NCBI GenBank assembly: GCA_951812305.1
Contig: CATOSB010000012.1
Span: 145,591 to 209,590, forward strand
Length of the DNA: 64,000 nucleotides
Source: an uncultured Rhodobacteraceae bacterium
GTDB lineage: Bacteria > Pseudomonadota > Alphaproteobacteria > Rhodobacterales > Rhodobacteraceae
Direction of reading: 5' to 3'
Position numbers and translations under genes: made by a program. A model generated the notes under the pieces. It was not told the origin of the DNA and made no database searches. It worked only from the letters and a program-made list of their open reading frames with translations. Position 1 is the stretch's first letter, and every line of letters starts with the position of its first letter. This document shows, piece after piece, positions 1 through 12,382 of this stretch.

Positions 1-349
1 CCGGCACCCGCGGCCGAAAAGCCAGGCGGCCAGGCCACAACCTGCTCCTCCGCCTGCGTGACTACCGCGATGACGTTTTGCGATTCATCGCCGACTTCGC
101 GGTCCCATTCACAAACAATCAGGCCGAACAGGACCTGCGCATGATGAAGCTGCGCATGAAAATCTCGGGCACCTTCCGCACCCTCGAGGGCGCGCGGGTC
201 TTCGCCGACATCAGGTCCGTCATCTCGACGGCCAGAAAACACCGGTTCAACATCCTGGAAATCCTGACCCTGTCACCACCTCAGATCATCGCACGGCTCT
301 GACGGAACAAAACCCCGCAACCCTATCGGACAGGGTGCTTGGGAGTTAC
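1..349 (+). mobile_element. IS66-family element (single-ORF type), right part, runs off window start
   Basis: C-terminal transposase PFTNNQAEQDLRMMKLRMKISG; end ...GGTGCTTGGGAGTTAC identical to the copy at 12796-14395. Confidence 0.93.
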
Positions 350-411
350 ATTATTTGTTTCTAAACCGGAAACAAAGAGAGTATGCGGTTTAACGGTTAT
401 CAGGTTCTGCA

Positions 412-1179
412 ATGGCGCTGCGTCGTATCTTAGATGGTCTATTTCATCGCCGGATTCTCCGGCGCTGGAGTCGTGCCGCTGGGCAAGCGCAGGGGCTTTC
501 ACTGGATCATTTGCGACAGTTGCGAAACCGTGCCCGTGAAATTCGGCGTCGCCTTGATCGGGTAATCTATGTCGCTGAAGGGCGATTGACGCTTCCCGCC
601 GTAGGCAGCAATGCCATCGTCAAACCGCTTTATACAGAATGGGCCTATCGTCCAGAGCTTTGGCGTGGTCCGATCCACCCGCTGGGCATGGTCGCGGTGG
701 AAACGCAGACTGCCTATGGCGACGAGGTCAAGGTTTTTCACGATTGCCGCATCACCGAATTGACCCTGCGCCAGACCCGAAACACCCGCGAGGAAGATCT
801 TGCGCCCTTTGGCTTGCGAATGGATGTGTTCCGTTTTGACGGTTCGTTCCTGTCACTGGTCGTGGAGCTTCCCGAAGACGCAGTGCAAGGGCTGGAACGG
901 CGACATCTGATCCGCTTGAGCGTGTCGGTCGATGTTGAAAAGCCACTGGAAATATTCGCGCGGCTTAACATCAAGCACGGGCCGAACGTGGAACAGATTG
1001 TGCGTGAACTGCCGTTGGGCGAGGATGAGGTGATGGTCGAATTCGACCTCGCTTATACCAAACTGAATGAAAAACGACTGGAACGGATGTGGCTGGACCT
1101 GATCTTTGAAGGGGCAGAGATGAACCAGATATTGCTGCGTGACGTTACGCTGACCCGCCGTCCGCGCGCCGAGATGTAG
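412..1179 (+). CDS. Conserved Rhodobacteraceae hypothetical protein (DUF6478-like)
   Basis: 255-aa ORF with RPELWRG and MDVFRFDGSFLSLV segments recalled from this family; host-like codon usage. Confidence 0.65.
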   Translation: MALRRILDGLFHRRILRRWSRAAGQAQGLSLDHLRQLRNRAREIRRRLDRVIYVAEGRLTLPAVGSNAIVKPLYTEWAYRPELWRGPIHPLGMVAVETQTAYGDEVKVFHDCRITELTLRQTRNTREEDLAPFGLRMDVFRFDGSFLSLVVELPEDAVQGLERRHLIRLSVSVDVEKPLEIFARLNIKHGPNVEQIVRELPLGEDEVMVEFDLAYTKLNEKRLERMWLDLIFEGAEMNQILLRDVTLTRRPRAEM

Positions 1180-1188
1180 GAGACGACG

Positions 1189-1569
1189 ATGAGCGAACTG
1201 CAACTGGTCAAAACCCGCATCCAGGCCGGTATCTGGGAGGGCGTATTGACCGGCGGGCTTGGTACAGGCGAGCCGCCCGAAATCCTTGTCACCCATCTTG
1301 AAAGTCCGGTGAACACAGTGGCCGTGACGGCAGATACTGACGCGCCGGGAACATGGAACGTCAAAATCGCGATTCCGCCGGAGCTTTTGTCAGATGGCGT
1401 GCAGACATTTCTGATTTGGGACGTTGTCGATGAAGAAAAACTGGGCAGCTTCACCATTGTGACCGGCGAGCCGCTGGAGGATGATGTTCGCGGAGAGCTG
1501 GACCTTTTGCGCTCTGAACTCGACATGTTGAAACGTGCATTTCGTCGTCATTGTGTCGAGACCACGTAA
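1189..1569 (+). CDS. Conserved hypothetical protein
   Basis: AGGAG RBS; 126 aa ending ELDLLRSELDMLKRAFRRHC; 9 bp after upstream gene. Confidence 0.7.
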   Translation: MSELQLVKTRIQAGIWEGVLTGGLGTGEPPEILVTHLESPVNTVAVTADTDAPGTWNVKIAIPPELLSDGVQTFLIWDVVDEEKLGSFTIVTGEPLEDDVRGELDLLRSELDMLKRAFRRHCVETT

Positions 1570-1610
1570 GGCGTGAGTTTGACGCCGCGTCGTAGCGTGA
1601 CAGTGGCTGA

Positions 1611-3671
<2,061 letters not shown>

Positions 3672-3696
3672 GGCCGCCTATTTCTGGAGTAGGAAA

Positions 3697-4137
3697 TTGA
3701 CCCATGACCCTTTGGAAAAGTCCTCACCCCGAAAGCTTGTCTTGCTCGGCTTTCTTGATAGGGTTTGGTCCTGCGGCGACGTCGATGCGGTAGATGAATA
3801 TGTCTGTGATCCATACACCATTCACAACGACCCGGGCGACCCGTGGGATAGGCAAACACTTTCCCACGCAGAATTCAAATACCGGCTGATCAAATCGCGG
3901 GCCGTCGCGCCTGATCAAACCTTCCTTCCTCAAGAGATGATCGAGGAAGGCGACCGGATCGCGGTTTCCTGGAATTGGACGGGGACGCATCAGGGCGCCT
4001 TGCCGGGAATCCCAGCCTCAGGACGTCCCATAAAAATGGCCGGCGTCACGATTTACAGTTTTTGCGGCGACATGTTGTCGGGCCATTGGCAAATTGCGGA
4101 CCGTCTGGGCATTTACCGGCAATTGCGCACCAGTTGA
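3697..4137 (+). CDS. SnoaL-like ester cyclase (NTF2 fold)
   Basis: EGDRIAV.W.WTGTH.G...GIPASGR pattern; TTG start inferred. Confidence 0.8.
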   Translation: MTHDPLEKSSPRKLVLLGFLDRVWSCGDVDAVDEYVCDPYTIHNDPGDPWDRQTLSHAEFKYRLIKSRAVAPDQTFLPQEMIEEGDRIAVSWNWTGTHQGALPGIPASGRPIKMAGVTIYSFCGDMLSGHWQIADRLGIYRQLRTS

Positions 4138-4303
4138 TCCAGCAAATTTAGTGGTTTCGCCCACAAAAACACACCGTTTCCCTGTTTCCCTGTCACGAAC
4201 GATCCCCGTGAAAACCCATCAATTGTCAGGCATTCGCCCCATTCCTGTCCGATTTCACGGGCATCAACAGCGCCTGAGGGGCCCGAAAAGATCGAGTGGA
4301 TGA

Positions 4304-5212
4304 ATGGATAGACTGACAGAAATGGAGGCCTTCGCGACGGTAGTCGATCAAGGAGGTTTCACAGACGCTGCCAAGAAGATGGGGATCTCAAAATCCGCAG
4401 TTTCCAAGCATGTGTCCAGCCTTGAGGCCCGTCTGGGCGCACGGCTTCTTAACCGCACAACGCGCCGCGTGTCGCCGACCGAGATCGGTCTGGCATACTA
4501 CGACCGCGCACGCCGTGTACTGAATGACGCTGGCGAGGCCGACGCGCTTGTCACTTCGATGCAATCCGCGCCTTCAGGGCTGCTGCGGATCAGCGTTGCA
4601 ACCGACTTTGGTGTGAACCACCTTTCGCCTGTCTTGGGCGAATTCCTCAGTGAATTCCCCGACATCACGGTGAACATGGTGCTGAACAACCGCTATGTCG
4701 AACTGATCTCTGAAGGCTTCGATATGGCCGTGCGAATTGGTGAGTTGGAAGACTCGACCCTGCGCGCCCGCAAATTGACTGAGACGTCAAAACGCATGAT
4801 CGGTTCGCCAGCTTACTTCCAGAAATTTGGTCGCCCGATGAAGATCGACGACCTTAACGAACACAAGCTGCTGCATTATTCCAGCCAATCGTCTGGCAAC
4901 ATGTGGAAGCTGACCGCGCCTTCGGGCGAACGGCGCCAAGTGCGCACTGCCGGTTGGCTATCGGTAAATGACGGCCAGTCGCTGTTGAACGCCGCGATTT
5001 CCGGTCTTGGCATCGCTTACCTGCCCAGCTTCCTTTACGCGGATGCACTGGATGAGGGTCTGGTGGAAGAGGCGATCCCAGAACTGCCGGTTGAATCACA
5101 AGGCATCTACGCAGTCTATCCACCGGGCCGGTTTACCCAGCCAAAAGTGCGTGCCTTTATCGACTTCCTTGCCAAGCATTTCGCTGACAAAGGCCCTGAG
5201 GCTTGGCACTAG
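4304..5212 (+). CDS. LysR-family transcriptional regulator
   Basis: N-terminal HTH (GGFTDAA...LEARLGARLLNRTTR) and substrate domain; TAG stop overlaps the IS630 end. Confidence 0.95.
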   Translation: MDRLTEMEAFATVVDQGGFTDAAKKMGISKSAVSKHVSSLEARLGARLLNRTTRRVSPTEIGLAYYDRARRVLNDAGEADALVTSMQSAPSGLLRISVATDFGVNHLSPVLGEFLSEFPDITVNMVLNNRYVELISEGFDMAVRIGELEDSTLRARKLTETSKRMIGSPAYFQKFGRPMKIDDLNEHKLLHYSSQSSGNMWKLTAPSGERRQVRTAGWLSVNDGQSLLNAAISGLGIAYLPSFLYADALDEGLVEEAIPELPVESQGIYAVYPPGRFTQPKVRAFIDFLAKHFADKGPEAWH

Positions 5213-6262
5213 AGCGTCGTCCTTGAAATCTGAATCGATGGGATTCCCACGTGGCAGGTTTTGTGATTCACCATATGTGGAGGTGGATCATGGGCAAATC
5301 GCTATCACTGGATATTCGGGAACGTGTCGTCGCTTTGGTTGATGACGGCCTTTCCTGCCATGAGGCTGCGCGGCGTTTACGGATATCAGCTGCCAGCGCG
5401 GTGCGGATCATGCAACGTAAGAGGCGAACGGGTGGGGTGAGAGCTGCGCCTCAAGGCCGCCCTCGGCGCAGCAAGCTGGATGTGGTCTCAAACTGGCTTA
5501 AGACACGCGTGGAAGCCGAGCCGGATATCACTATGCCGGAACTGGCCGAGGTGCTGAAACAGGAACATGCCCTCACCGCGACACCGGCGATGCTCTCGCG
5601 TTATCTGATCCATCGTCTTGGGTTCACATATAAAAAAATCCCTGATCGCGACGGAGCGGCTGCGCAAACGGGTGCGCGCTGCCAGGTACGAGTGGCAGCA
5701 CCGCCGGATGCCGAGGATGCGCCTTGAGCCGCACCGGCTGGTTTTTATCGACGAAACAGCTGTCACGACCAAGATGACACGGCTTCGTGGTCGATCCCCA
5801 CGCGGCACCCGGCTGGAAGCCGACGCGCCCTTCGGCCACTGGCGCACCCAGACCTTCATCGCGGGCCTGCGGATCGACGAACTCAGCGCCCCCTGGGTGC
5901 TGGACGGCCCCATGAACCGCGCCGCGTTCGACCTCTACATCGAGACCCAGCTGGCTCCAACGTTGCAGCCGGGCGATGTGGTGATCGCCGACAACCTGTC
6001 ATCGCACAAATCGGCCAATGCGCAGGAACTGCTGAAGTCGCAAGGCAGCTGGCTGCTCTTCCTGCCGCCGTATTCGCCCGATCTCAACCCGATCGAAATG
6101 GCGTACTCGAAACTCAAGGCACACCTGCGTCGGCTCAAGGCCCGCACCTTCGACGCCCTTTTCCAATCCGTCGCCCAAACCTGCGACCTCTTCCCGCCAA
6201 CCGAGTGCCGAAACCTCTTCAAAGCTGCCGGATATGTTGCAGATTAGATGGACGACGCTCTA
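5210..6262 (+). mobile_element. IS630-family element (type C), two ORFs joined by -1 frameshift
   Basis: IRs TAGAGCGTCGTCC/GGACGACGCTCTA with TA duplication; orfA 5290-5727 (HTH), orfB to 6247 (FIDET, DNLSSHK, PYSPDLNPIE); A7 run 5632-5638. Confidence 0.93.
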
Positions 6263-6287
6263 AATATCTAAGATCAATGCAATCGAT

Positions 6288-7208
6288 CTATTGGGTCGAG
6301 GTGAGTATCACCTCGACCCTTCGGTTTTGCGCCCGTCCATCCGGTGTCAGGTTGCTGGCAATTGGCGAAAGAAAGCCAACGCCATCTGCGCTGACTTGCT
6401 TCGCATCAACGCCATGACGCGCGATAAGCTGTTCCATGACTGATGTCGCGCGGCGCTTGGAAAGCGCCATGTTTGCACCCAAGCCACCTTCTGAGTCTGT
6501 GTGTCCGACCAGAACCACCGTTCTGTCCGGACGTGAGGACAAATATTCGGCAAGGTTTTTGAGCGAATCGAAATCCGCGTCGCCCAGTGCTGAGGAACCT
6601 GTCTTGAACACGAGGTCATCCAGCGTCGCGTGACCGTTTAGTTCCAGCAGATCACCGACCGGGCCAGCGGCGACGGTACGGGCAGGTGGGGCTTTGGTGG
6701 ACGTCGTCACTTTCACGTCGCTTGACACGCCCACGCGAGTCAGCTGAACGAACCCGGAATTGGCGCTGCGGCTGACGATCAAGCTGGCGTAATCCGGGAC
6801 ACCGTCACCCGGTTTCTGCGCCAATAAATATCGATAATCGCCAAGGTTCACATGCATGTCCGGCTCTGCCAGCACGTCAAGCTTGAAGCGAAAATCAAAC
6901 CCGCCGCAGAATTCCGCCTCGCATTCAAACACCACCTCGTATCCCGCCGCATCCAGCTGATCCCGCAAGGGTGAAAGAATTTGCAGCGTTGTGATGTTGC
7001 CTGATCCGACCTTCCACGATTGCACCGTGATCGCACCCTCAGCTGCCACACCGCTGATTGGGCCGTCGGAATAGGGGGCATCGGGTAAAAACACGCTGTC
7101 TACAGGCGCGCGCTGCTCGGCCAAAGGAGTGGCGAGTCCGGGGAATTCCAGATCCAGCGCGGCTGCGTGCATCGGCACCAGGGCCAATATGGCAGTGGCC
7201 AGTTTCAC
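6288..7208 (-). CDS. OmpA-family exported protein
   Basis: Signal peptide; C-terminal OmpA domain (VGHTD, LSKRRA, GRAQNRRVEV). Confidence 0.9.
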   Translation of the reverse strand: MKLATAILALVPMHAAALDLEFPGLATPLAEQRAPVDSVFLPDAPYSDGPISGVAAEGAITVQSWKVGSGNITTLQILSPLRDQLDAAGYEVVFECEAEFCGGFDFRFKLDVLAEPDMHVNLGDYRYLLAQKPGDGVPDYASLIVSRSANSGFVQLTRVGVSSDVKVTTSTKAPPARTVAAGPVGDLLELNGHATLDDLVFKTGSSALGDADFDSLKNLAEYLSSRPDRTVVLVGHTDSEGGLGANMALSKRRATSVMEQLIARHGVDAKQVSADGVGFLSPIASNLTPDGRAQNRRVEVILTSTQ

Positions 7209-7777
7209 CGGGCGGACGCGTGGTATTCTTCGTTGGGCTGCATCCCGATGGCAGAGGCAACGCGGTTGGACATGCTGAAGAAACCAACGACGCTGGCGAT
7301 GTCAAAGATGTCGCGATCCGTGAAACCTGCGTCACGCAGCGACTGACGGTCGGCTTCTTCCGTCTCGGCGCTGGCCTTGGTGACCTTTTCCGAAAAATCT
7401 AGCATAGCGCGTTGCTTGTCCGACAGATCGGCGACGCGCCAGTTCATGACCATTGCCTCACCCAGCATCGGATCACCCGAAAGTTGCCGCACGGCGGCAC
7501 CATGCGCGACCTGACAATACCAGCAACGATTGATCGAAGAGACGACGACGGCGATCATTTCTCGTTCCAACTTGGTCAGCCCGCTGTCGCCAAGCATCAG
7601 GTCGTTATACATCGCCGTGAACGCGTTCAGCTTATCGATGTCAAAGGCATAGGCCTGCAAGACATTGGGGATCATCCCCAGCTTTTCCTGACAAACATCG
7701 AAGTACTTCTGGGTCGCCTCGGGCAGCGGATCGACCATTGGCAGGTCCAGCGCTGTAACGGTATTCTTTTGGGTCAT
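7205..7777 (-). CDS. AhpD/carboxymuconolactone decarboxylase-like peroxidase-related enzyme
   Basis: EREMIAVVVS..NRCWYCQVAHG motif; ATG 7777 with GGAG RBS. Confidence 0.88.
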   Translation of the reverse strand: MTQKNTVTALDLPMVDPLPEATQKYFDVCQEKLGMIPNVLQAYAFDIDKLNAFTAMYNDLMLGDSGLTKLEREMIAVVVSSINRCWYCQVAHGAAVRQLSGDPMLGEAMVMNWRVADLSDKQRAMLDFSEKVTKASAETEEADRQSLRDAGFTDRDIFDIASVVGFFSMSNRVASAIGMQPNEEYHASAR

Positions 7778-7803
7778 CCGTGCTCCGGTTCCTGAGGGCG
7801 GGC

Positions 7804-8514
7804 TTACTTTATTCTGTAATGATAGTGTCCGACAACCTTCATTCCCAGACACGTGTATAATGCATTGGCGGCCCTATTTGCGCTAGTGACCAGAAGGGTC
7901 AATTTGTCGGCGCCATTCCGCGCAGCCCAGTGCGCCGCCGCACGCATGATATTTGCTCCAACACCCTGACGGCGAAGTTTCGGCGCGACTTCGATGGCAT
8001 GGATCATCGCCATGCCATCGTGGATTGCGACAAAGGCCGTTCCCGCTGGTTGATCGTCCGTGCGGGCAAGGATGCTGGTTTTGGGTTCGCAAGCCCGATC
8101 CATCACGGCCAGTCGGCCCGTTCCGATTCCGCCTTCGGCCCAGATGTCACGCTGAATCGCCATCGGCGGCCAGATTTCGAAGGCTGAAACCGGCGGAACA
8201 GGTTCCGTCGTTAGTACGCCGGCATCCACCGCATAAATTGCCACCGGGTCGATGACGTTATAACCAAGTGCGGCGAGCTGCACGTCGAAAGCGGCTTCAC
8301 CGTCGCGAATCATGAACAGTTTGGGCTGGCTGAGCGCTTCCATCGCCGCCTCGGCTTCAGCGATGTCGTTGTCAAAGACCACTACTTCAGCCGTTGCCGC
8401 GCAAACCCGCTTGCCACCCCCCTGACCCTCTCGAATGGTCCAAGAACCGATCCGCCTAGTCGCCGCAGACGGCCATGTTGCCTCTACGACTGCGTACAGC
8501 CTGTCTGGCGTCAC
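7804..8514 (-). CDS. GNAT-family N-acetyltransferase
   Basis: V.P.LRRQGVG acetyl-CoA motif and N.AA.ALY motif. Confidence 0.88.
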   Translation of the reverse strand: MTPDRLYAVVEATWPSAATRRIGSWTIREGQGGGKRVCAATAEVVVFDNDIAEAEAAMEALSQPKLFMIRDGEAAFDVQLAALGYNVIDPVAIYAVDAGVLTTEPVPPVSAFEIWPPMAIQRDIWAEGGIGTGRLAVMDRACEPKTSILARTDDQPAGTAFVAIHDGMAMIHAIEVAPKLRRQGVGANIMRAAAHWAARNGADKLTLLVTSANRAANALYTCLGMKVVGHYHYRIK

Positions 8515-8549
8515 GACATGCCATCCACGATTTTATGGAACGCATCTGA

Positions 8550-10917
8550 TACCAACGGCGGGATGATTTGACTCGCTTTTTGGATTCCCAAATTGTTCGG
8601 TATGTGACCTTACCACCCTTCAATTTAGCCAGACATCCCAGAGCTTGGGGATTTTGGCATAACCTGCGAGGCATCGTCGGATAGCACGAAGGCCTGTCTT
8701 GAAGAGAGAGCATAAGGACCTTCGGGCTTTTCGAATCCCCTTTTTTCGCCGCGTATTGCGACGTGGTGCTCTTCGTTTGCTCCGGTTGAAACAGCCCAGT
8801 ACATGGCGATTGCCAGCACCAAAATGAGGCGGGCCAATCGATCCGGCTTTTTGATCTGGCTTTGAGTAATTTCAAAGCCCCGGGTTTTGAAGTCGGAGAA
8901 CATGGCTTCAATTCCCCAACGCATTCCATAATCGAGCACCTTGTACTCGGACGGTGCTGCATTCATGGCAATAATCCAAGGCTCTTTGTGCCCCTCTTCG
9001 TGAAGCACTCCAATGTTGCTAAAGACGCCCGTTCCGTAAAGCTCAGCGTTTACAAGCCCTTCGGGCATCAGTTGGGCAATTTCGCGCGTCATCATCTCGC
9101 CACCCTGATGTTGCAGTGTGATATTTCCCTTCATGCGCAGCCGGTAGTCCCATCCAGCCTCCTGGCACCATGCGACCAATCGGGCGGTTCCATAAAACCG
9201 ATCTCCCGCCAGCAACACACGCGCATCCGCCGGGAGCCATGGGCGGACTGCTTCCAAAAGCTCATGTTGCACGCGCCATCCAATCGGCCCTTTGGTCTGG
9301 CGTACACGCCAGGCGACCGGGAGGGCCCGATCCCGCATCCGCACCGATAACATCAAAACCTCATGCCCTTCGTTGAGCTTGCTTTGATCAAGGGCCACCA
9401 CAATCGTTTCTCCGGCCTCACACTGGCGGCGGAAAATTTCACCAACATAGGCCTGCATGATCTCATCAGTATCGATGTGAGGATTGCCCAGAACCCGCGA
9501 AATGTATTGATAGCGGTGGTCCACAGAGCCGATATCGCGGGGCAGAGCAGCCGCATTTTCCATCAGATTGACGCTGCGCGTGTTCAAAATCACGCTTGCT
9601 ATGATGCACAATCCCTCCCGGCGCGACTTGTGATACCCGAGCAAGCGGTCCTGAAAATCCGCCTCAACCTTCGAATAAAGCTCTGAAAAACAAACATTTC
9701 CCAACAAACCAGCCTCCAATATCAGCAGTGGAGACTCCTTGAATCACACAGATCAGACAAACGTCAAATCAGATCCGGAAATTTTGAAGGGTGGTAAGGT
9801 ATGTGACTCACTGTTTCTGTCCAGAGAAGGAGGGAGATATGGGTGCCGCGGTTCCGGTTTTGCGCGATGATTTCACGGTGCACGAGTTGCGCGCTTTAGC
9901 CGGTCGCGCGTCGAACGGCAAAGTAGCACGTCGGCTTTTGGCGATTGCTCTGGTGCTTGAAGGGTCGTCGCGCAAGGTTGCTGCCCAGAGTTGCGGGATG
10001 GATCGCCAAACCCTTCGAGACTGGGTCCATCGATACAATGTCGAAGGTCCTGACGGGCTGTCAGATCGTGGGGGTGGCGGCGCGAAACCTCGATTGTCGC
10101 CGGAGCAGATAGCGCAGCTTGCGGTCTGGGTGGAGGCTGGCCCTGATCCGGCCCGCGATGGTGTGGTTCGCTGGCGTCGCGCCGATCTTGCCCGGCGCAT
10201 TGAGGCGGAGTTCGAGATCAAGCTCCACGAACGCACAGTAGGTAGTTATTTGGTTCAACTGGGCTTTCGCAGGCTGTCGGTCCGCCCCGAACATCCCAAC
10301 GCCGACCCAGTGGCACAGACTGCATTTAAAAAAAACTTTGCCAGCATCGTAGCCGACATTTTGACTGAACGGGCGAAAGGAAAGCCACTGGAAATATGGT
10401 TCCAGGACGAAGCACGGGTGGGCCAGCAGGGAACACTCACCCGTGTCTGGGCGAAGCGGGGAACCCGCCCACGTGCGCCCCGGGATACCCGCTACAAATG
10501 GAGCTACGTATTTGGCGCTGCCTGTCCGGCACGTGGTGCCGCAGCTGGGCTGATCCTGCCTTATGTTAACACAGAGGCGATGGGCCTGCATCTCGACGAG
10601 GTCTCAAAAACAATCGCACCCGGTTCTCATGCGCTCCTGGTCACAGATGGCGCGGGGTGGCACGGAGCCAAGGGGCTCTTGGTGCCAGACAACATAACGC
10701 TCCTGAAGCTGCCCCCCTATGCGCCCGAACTCAACCCGATGGAAAATGTCTGGGCCTATCTGCGCTCCAACAAGCTGGCCATCACCGTGTTCGATACCTA
10801 CGAGCAGATCCTCGACAAATGCGCAGACGCCTGGAACTTCTTCGAAAATGACCCGCAGCGCATAACCTCAATAACGACCAGAGAATGGGCAACGGTCAAT
10901 TGATCAAGCCGTTGGTA
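8550..10917 (+). mobile_element. IS630-family element type A (1169 bp) with nested IS4-like element
   Basis: IRs TACCAACGGC/GCCGTTGGTA; TGA duplicated; single-frame transposase 9839-10903 (WFQDEAR, DGAGWH, PELNPMEN). Confidence 0.93.
8609..9798 (-). mobile_element. IS4-like (DDE_Tnp_1) element, copy 1
   Basis: 15-bp IRs CTTACCACCCTTCAA; 9-bp TSD GTATGTGAC; transposase 8625-9719 with Y..RW.IE..F.D.K signature. Confidence 0.92.
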
Positions 10918-11663
10918 TGAGGCTTTGCGAACCATCATCGGATCTGTCCCGCGGATCACAATATTGGTGCCGAAATTCCCTTTTATATTGAACGGATAAG
11001 ATCCCATCGAAAGTTCGGGATACGCCTGCGCCAATATCCCGAGTTCTGCGGCCACCTCCCCTTCGGGTCTCGAAAGTCGGATTGTTTCGCTAACGACAGG
11101 GTCTCCGCCCGTAAGGGTCGGCAAGACAGATTCGACCATCGCCTGAAAAATTGCCGGAACCCCGGCCATGATATGTACATTTTCCAGCGTGAATCCGGGC
11201 GCGGAGGACACTGGATTGTCGATCAGCGTGGCGCCATCCGGAATGCGCGCCATCCGCAACCGCGCGTCGTTAATTTCGATGCCGGTCTTCGCGTAATGGT
11301 CTTCCAGAATGGCAAGCGCGTCCGCGCGCACGTCGATATGGGCACCGAAGGCGCGCGCAACGCTATCGGCGGTAATGTCGTCGTGCGTCGGCCCGATACC
11401 ACCGCTGGTGAACACATGGTCATACCCGATCCGCAGCGCATTTACCGCATCCGCAATATCGGCTTCCTCATCGCTGACGACCCGCACTTCTTTTAGGTTG
11501 ATGCCGTGCTCAGTCAATCTGCCAGCCAGATAAAACATATTAGCGTCGCGGGTTCTGCCGGACAGGATTTCATCCCCGATTACAAGCATTGCGGCGGTTG
11601 GGTTCGGCATCAAACGCTCCCAGGCGATTGGAATTTCTTCCCGCCACCTATATGCCCCGGACC

Positions 11664-12368
11664 ATGCGCTTTCAAACCCCTCTCATTCCTGCTCGCCTGA
11701 TCCGCCGCTACAAACGCTTCCTTGCAGACATGCGGTTGGAGGACGGTAGCGAGGTCACGGCACATTGTGCCAACCCCGGCTCGATGATGGGGTTGAAGGA
11801 GCCCGGGACGAAATGCTGGCTGGAACCCAATGACGACCCAAAGAAAAAGCTGAAATTCGGTTGGCGGCTGATCGAACATGACGGTGGTCATTTCACCGGC
11901 GTTGACACCTCCATCCCAAACCGGGTTGTTTACGCAGCATTGCAGGACCGGTTTATTCCGGAACTGGCGGCCTATGGGTCGGTTCGCCCGGAGGTGAAAT
12001 ATGGCGAAAACAGCCGGGTCGATTTCTTGCTGTCAGAACCGGGTCTCAAAAGTGCCTATATCGAGGTAAAATCTGTAACGCTTTGCCGTCAAACCGGACT
12101 GGCGGAGTTTCCTGATGCGGTGACAGCACGCGGTGCCAAACATCTGGAAGAATTGGCGCATATGGCGCGCGCTGGGCATCGGGCCGTCATGCTGTTTCTG
12201 GTGCAGCGCACGGATTGCCGGAAGGTCTCTTTGGCCAGCGATATCGATCCGAACTATGCCCAGGCGTTCATTTCGGCTGCATCGGAGGGCGTGGAAGCGC
12301 TTGCCTATGATTGCTGCATTTCGCCAGATGAAATTGCGATCAACGGCGCCCTGGAGTTTGCGGGATAA
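11664..12368 (+). CDS. sfsA: DNA/RNA nuclease SfsA
   Basis: RYKRFLAD, HCANPGSM, EVKSVTL, FPDAVTARG.KHL motifs. Confidence 0.93.
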   Translation: MRFQTPLIPARLIRRYKRFLADMRLEDGSEVTAHCANPGSMMGLKEPGTKCWLEPNDDPKKKLKFGWRLIEHDGGHFTGVDTSIPNRVVYAALQDRFIPELAAYGSVRPEVKYGENSRVDFLLSEPGLKSAYIEVKSVTLCRQTGLAEFPDAVTARGAKHLEELAHMARAGHRAVMLFLVQRTDCRKVSLASDIDPNYAQAFISAASEGVEALAYDCCISPDEIAINGALEFAG

Positions 12369-12382
12369 AAGCAGCGTTACCG

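Larger units (their letters stand above)
8511..11610 (-). pseudogene. CinA-like molybdopterin-binding protein interrupted near its C-terminus by IS630-A
   Basis: IGDEILSGRT.DAN and TSGGIGPTHDDIT motifs; removing the IS plus one TGA restores RKASDAFHKIVDGMS* with GTGA overlap on the GNAT start. Confidence 0.88.
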
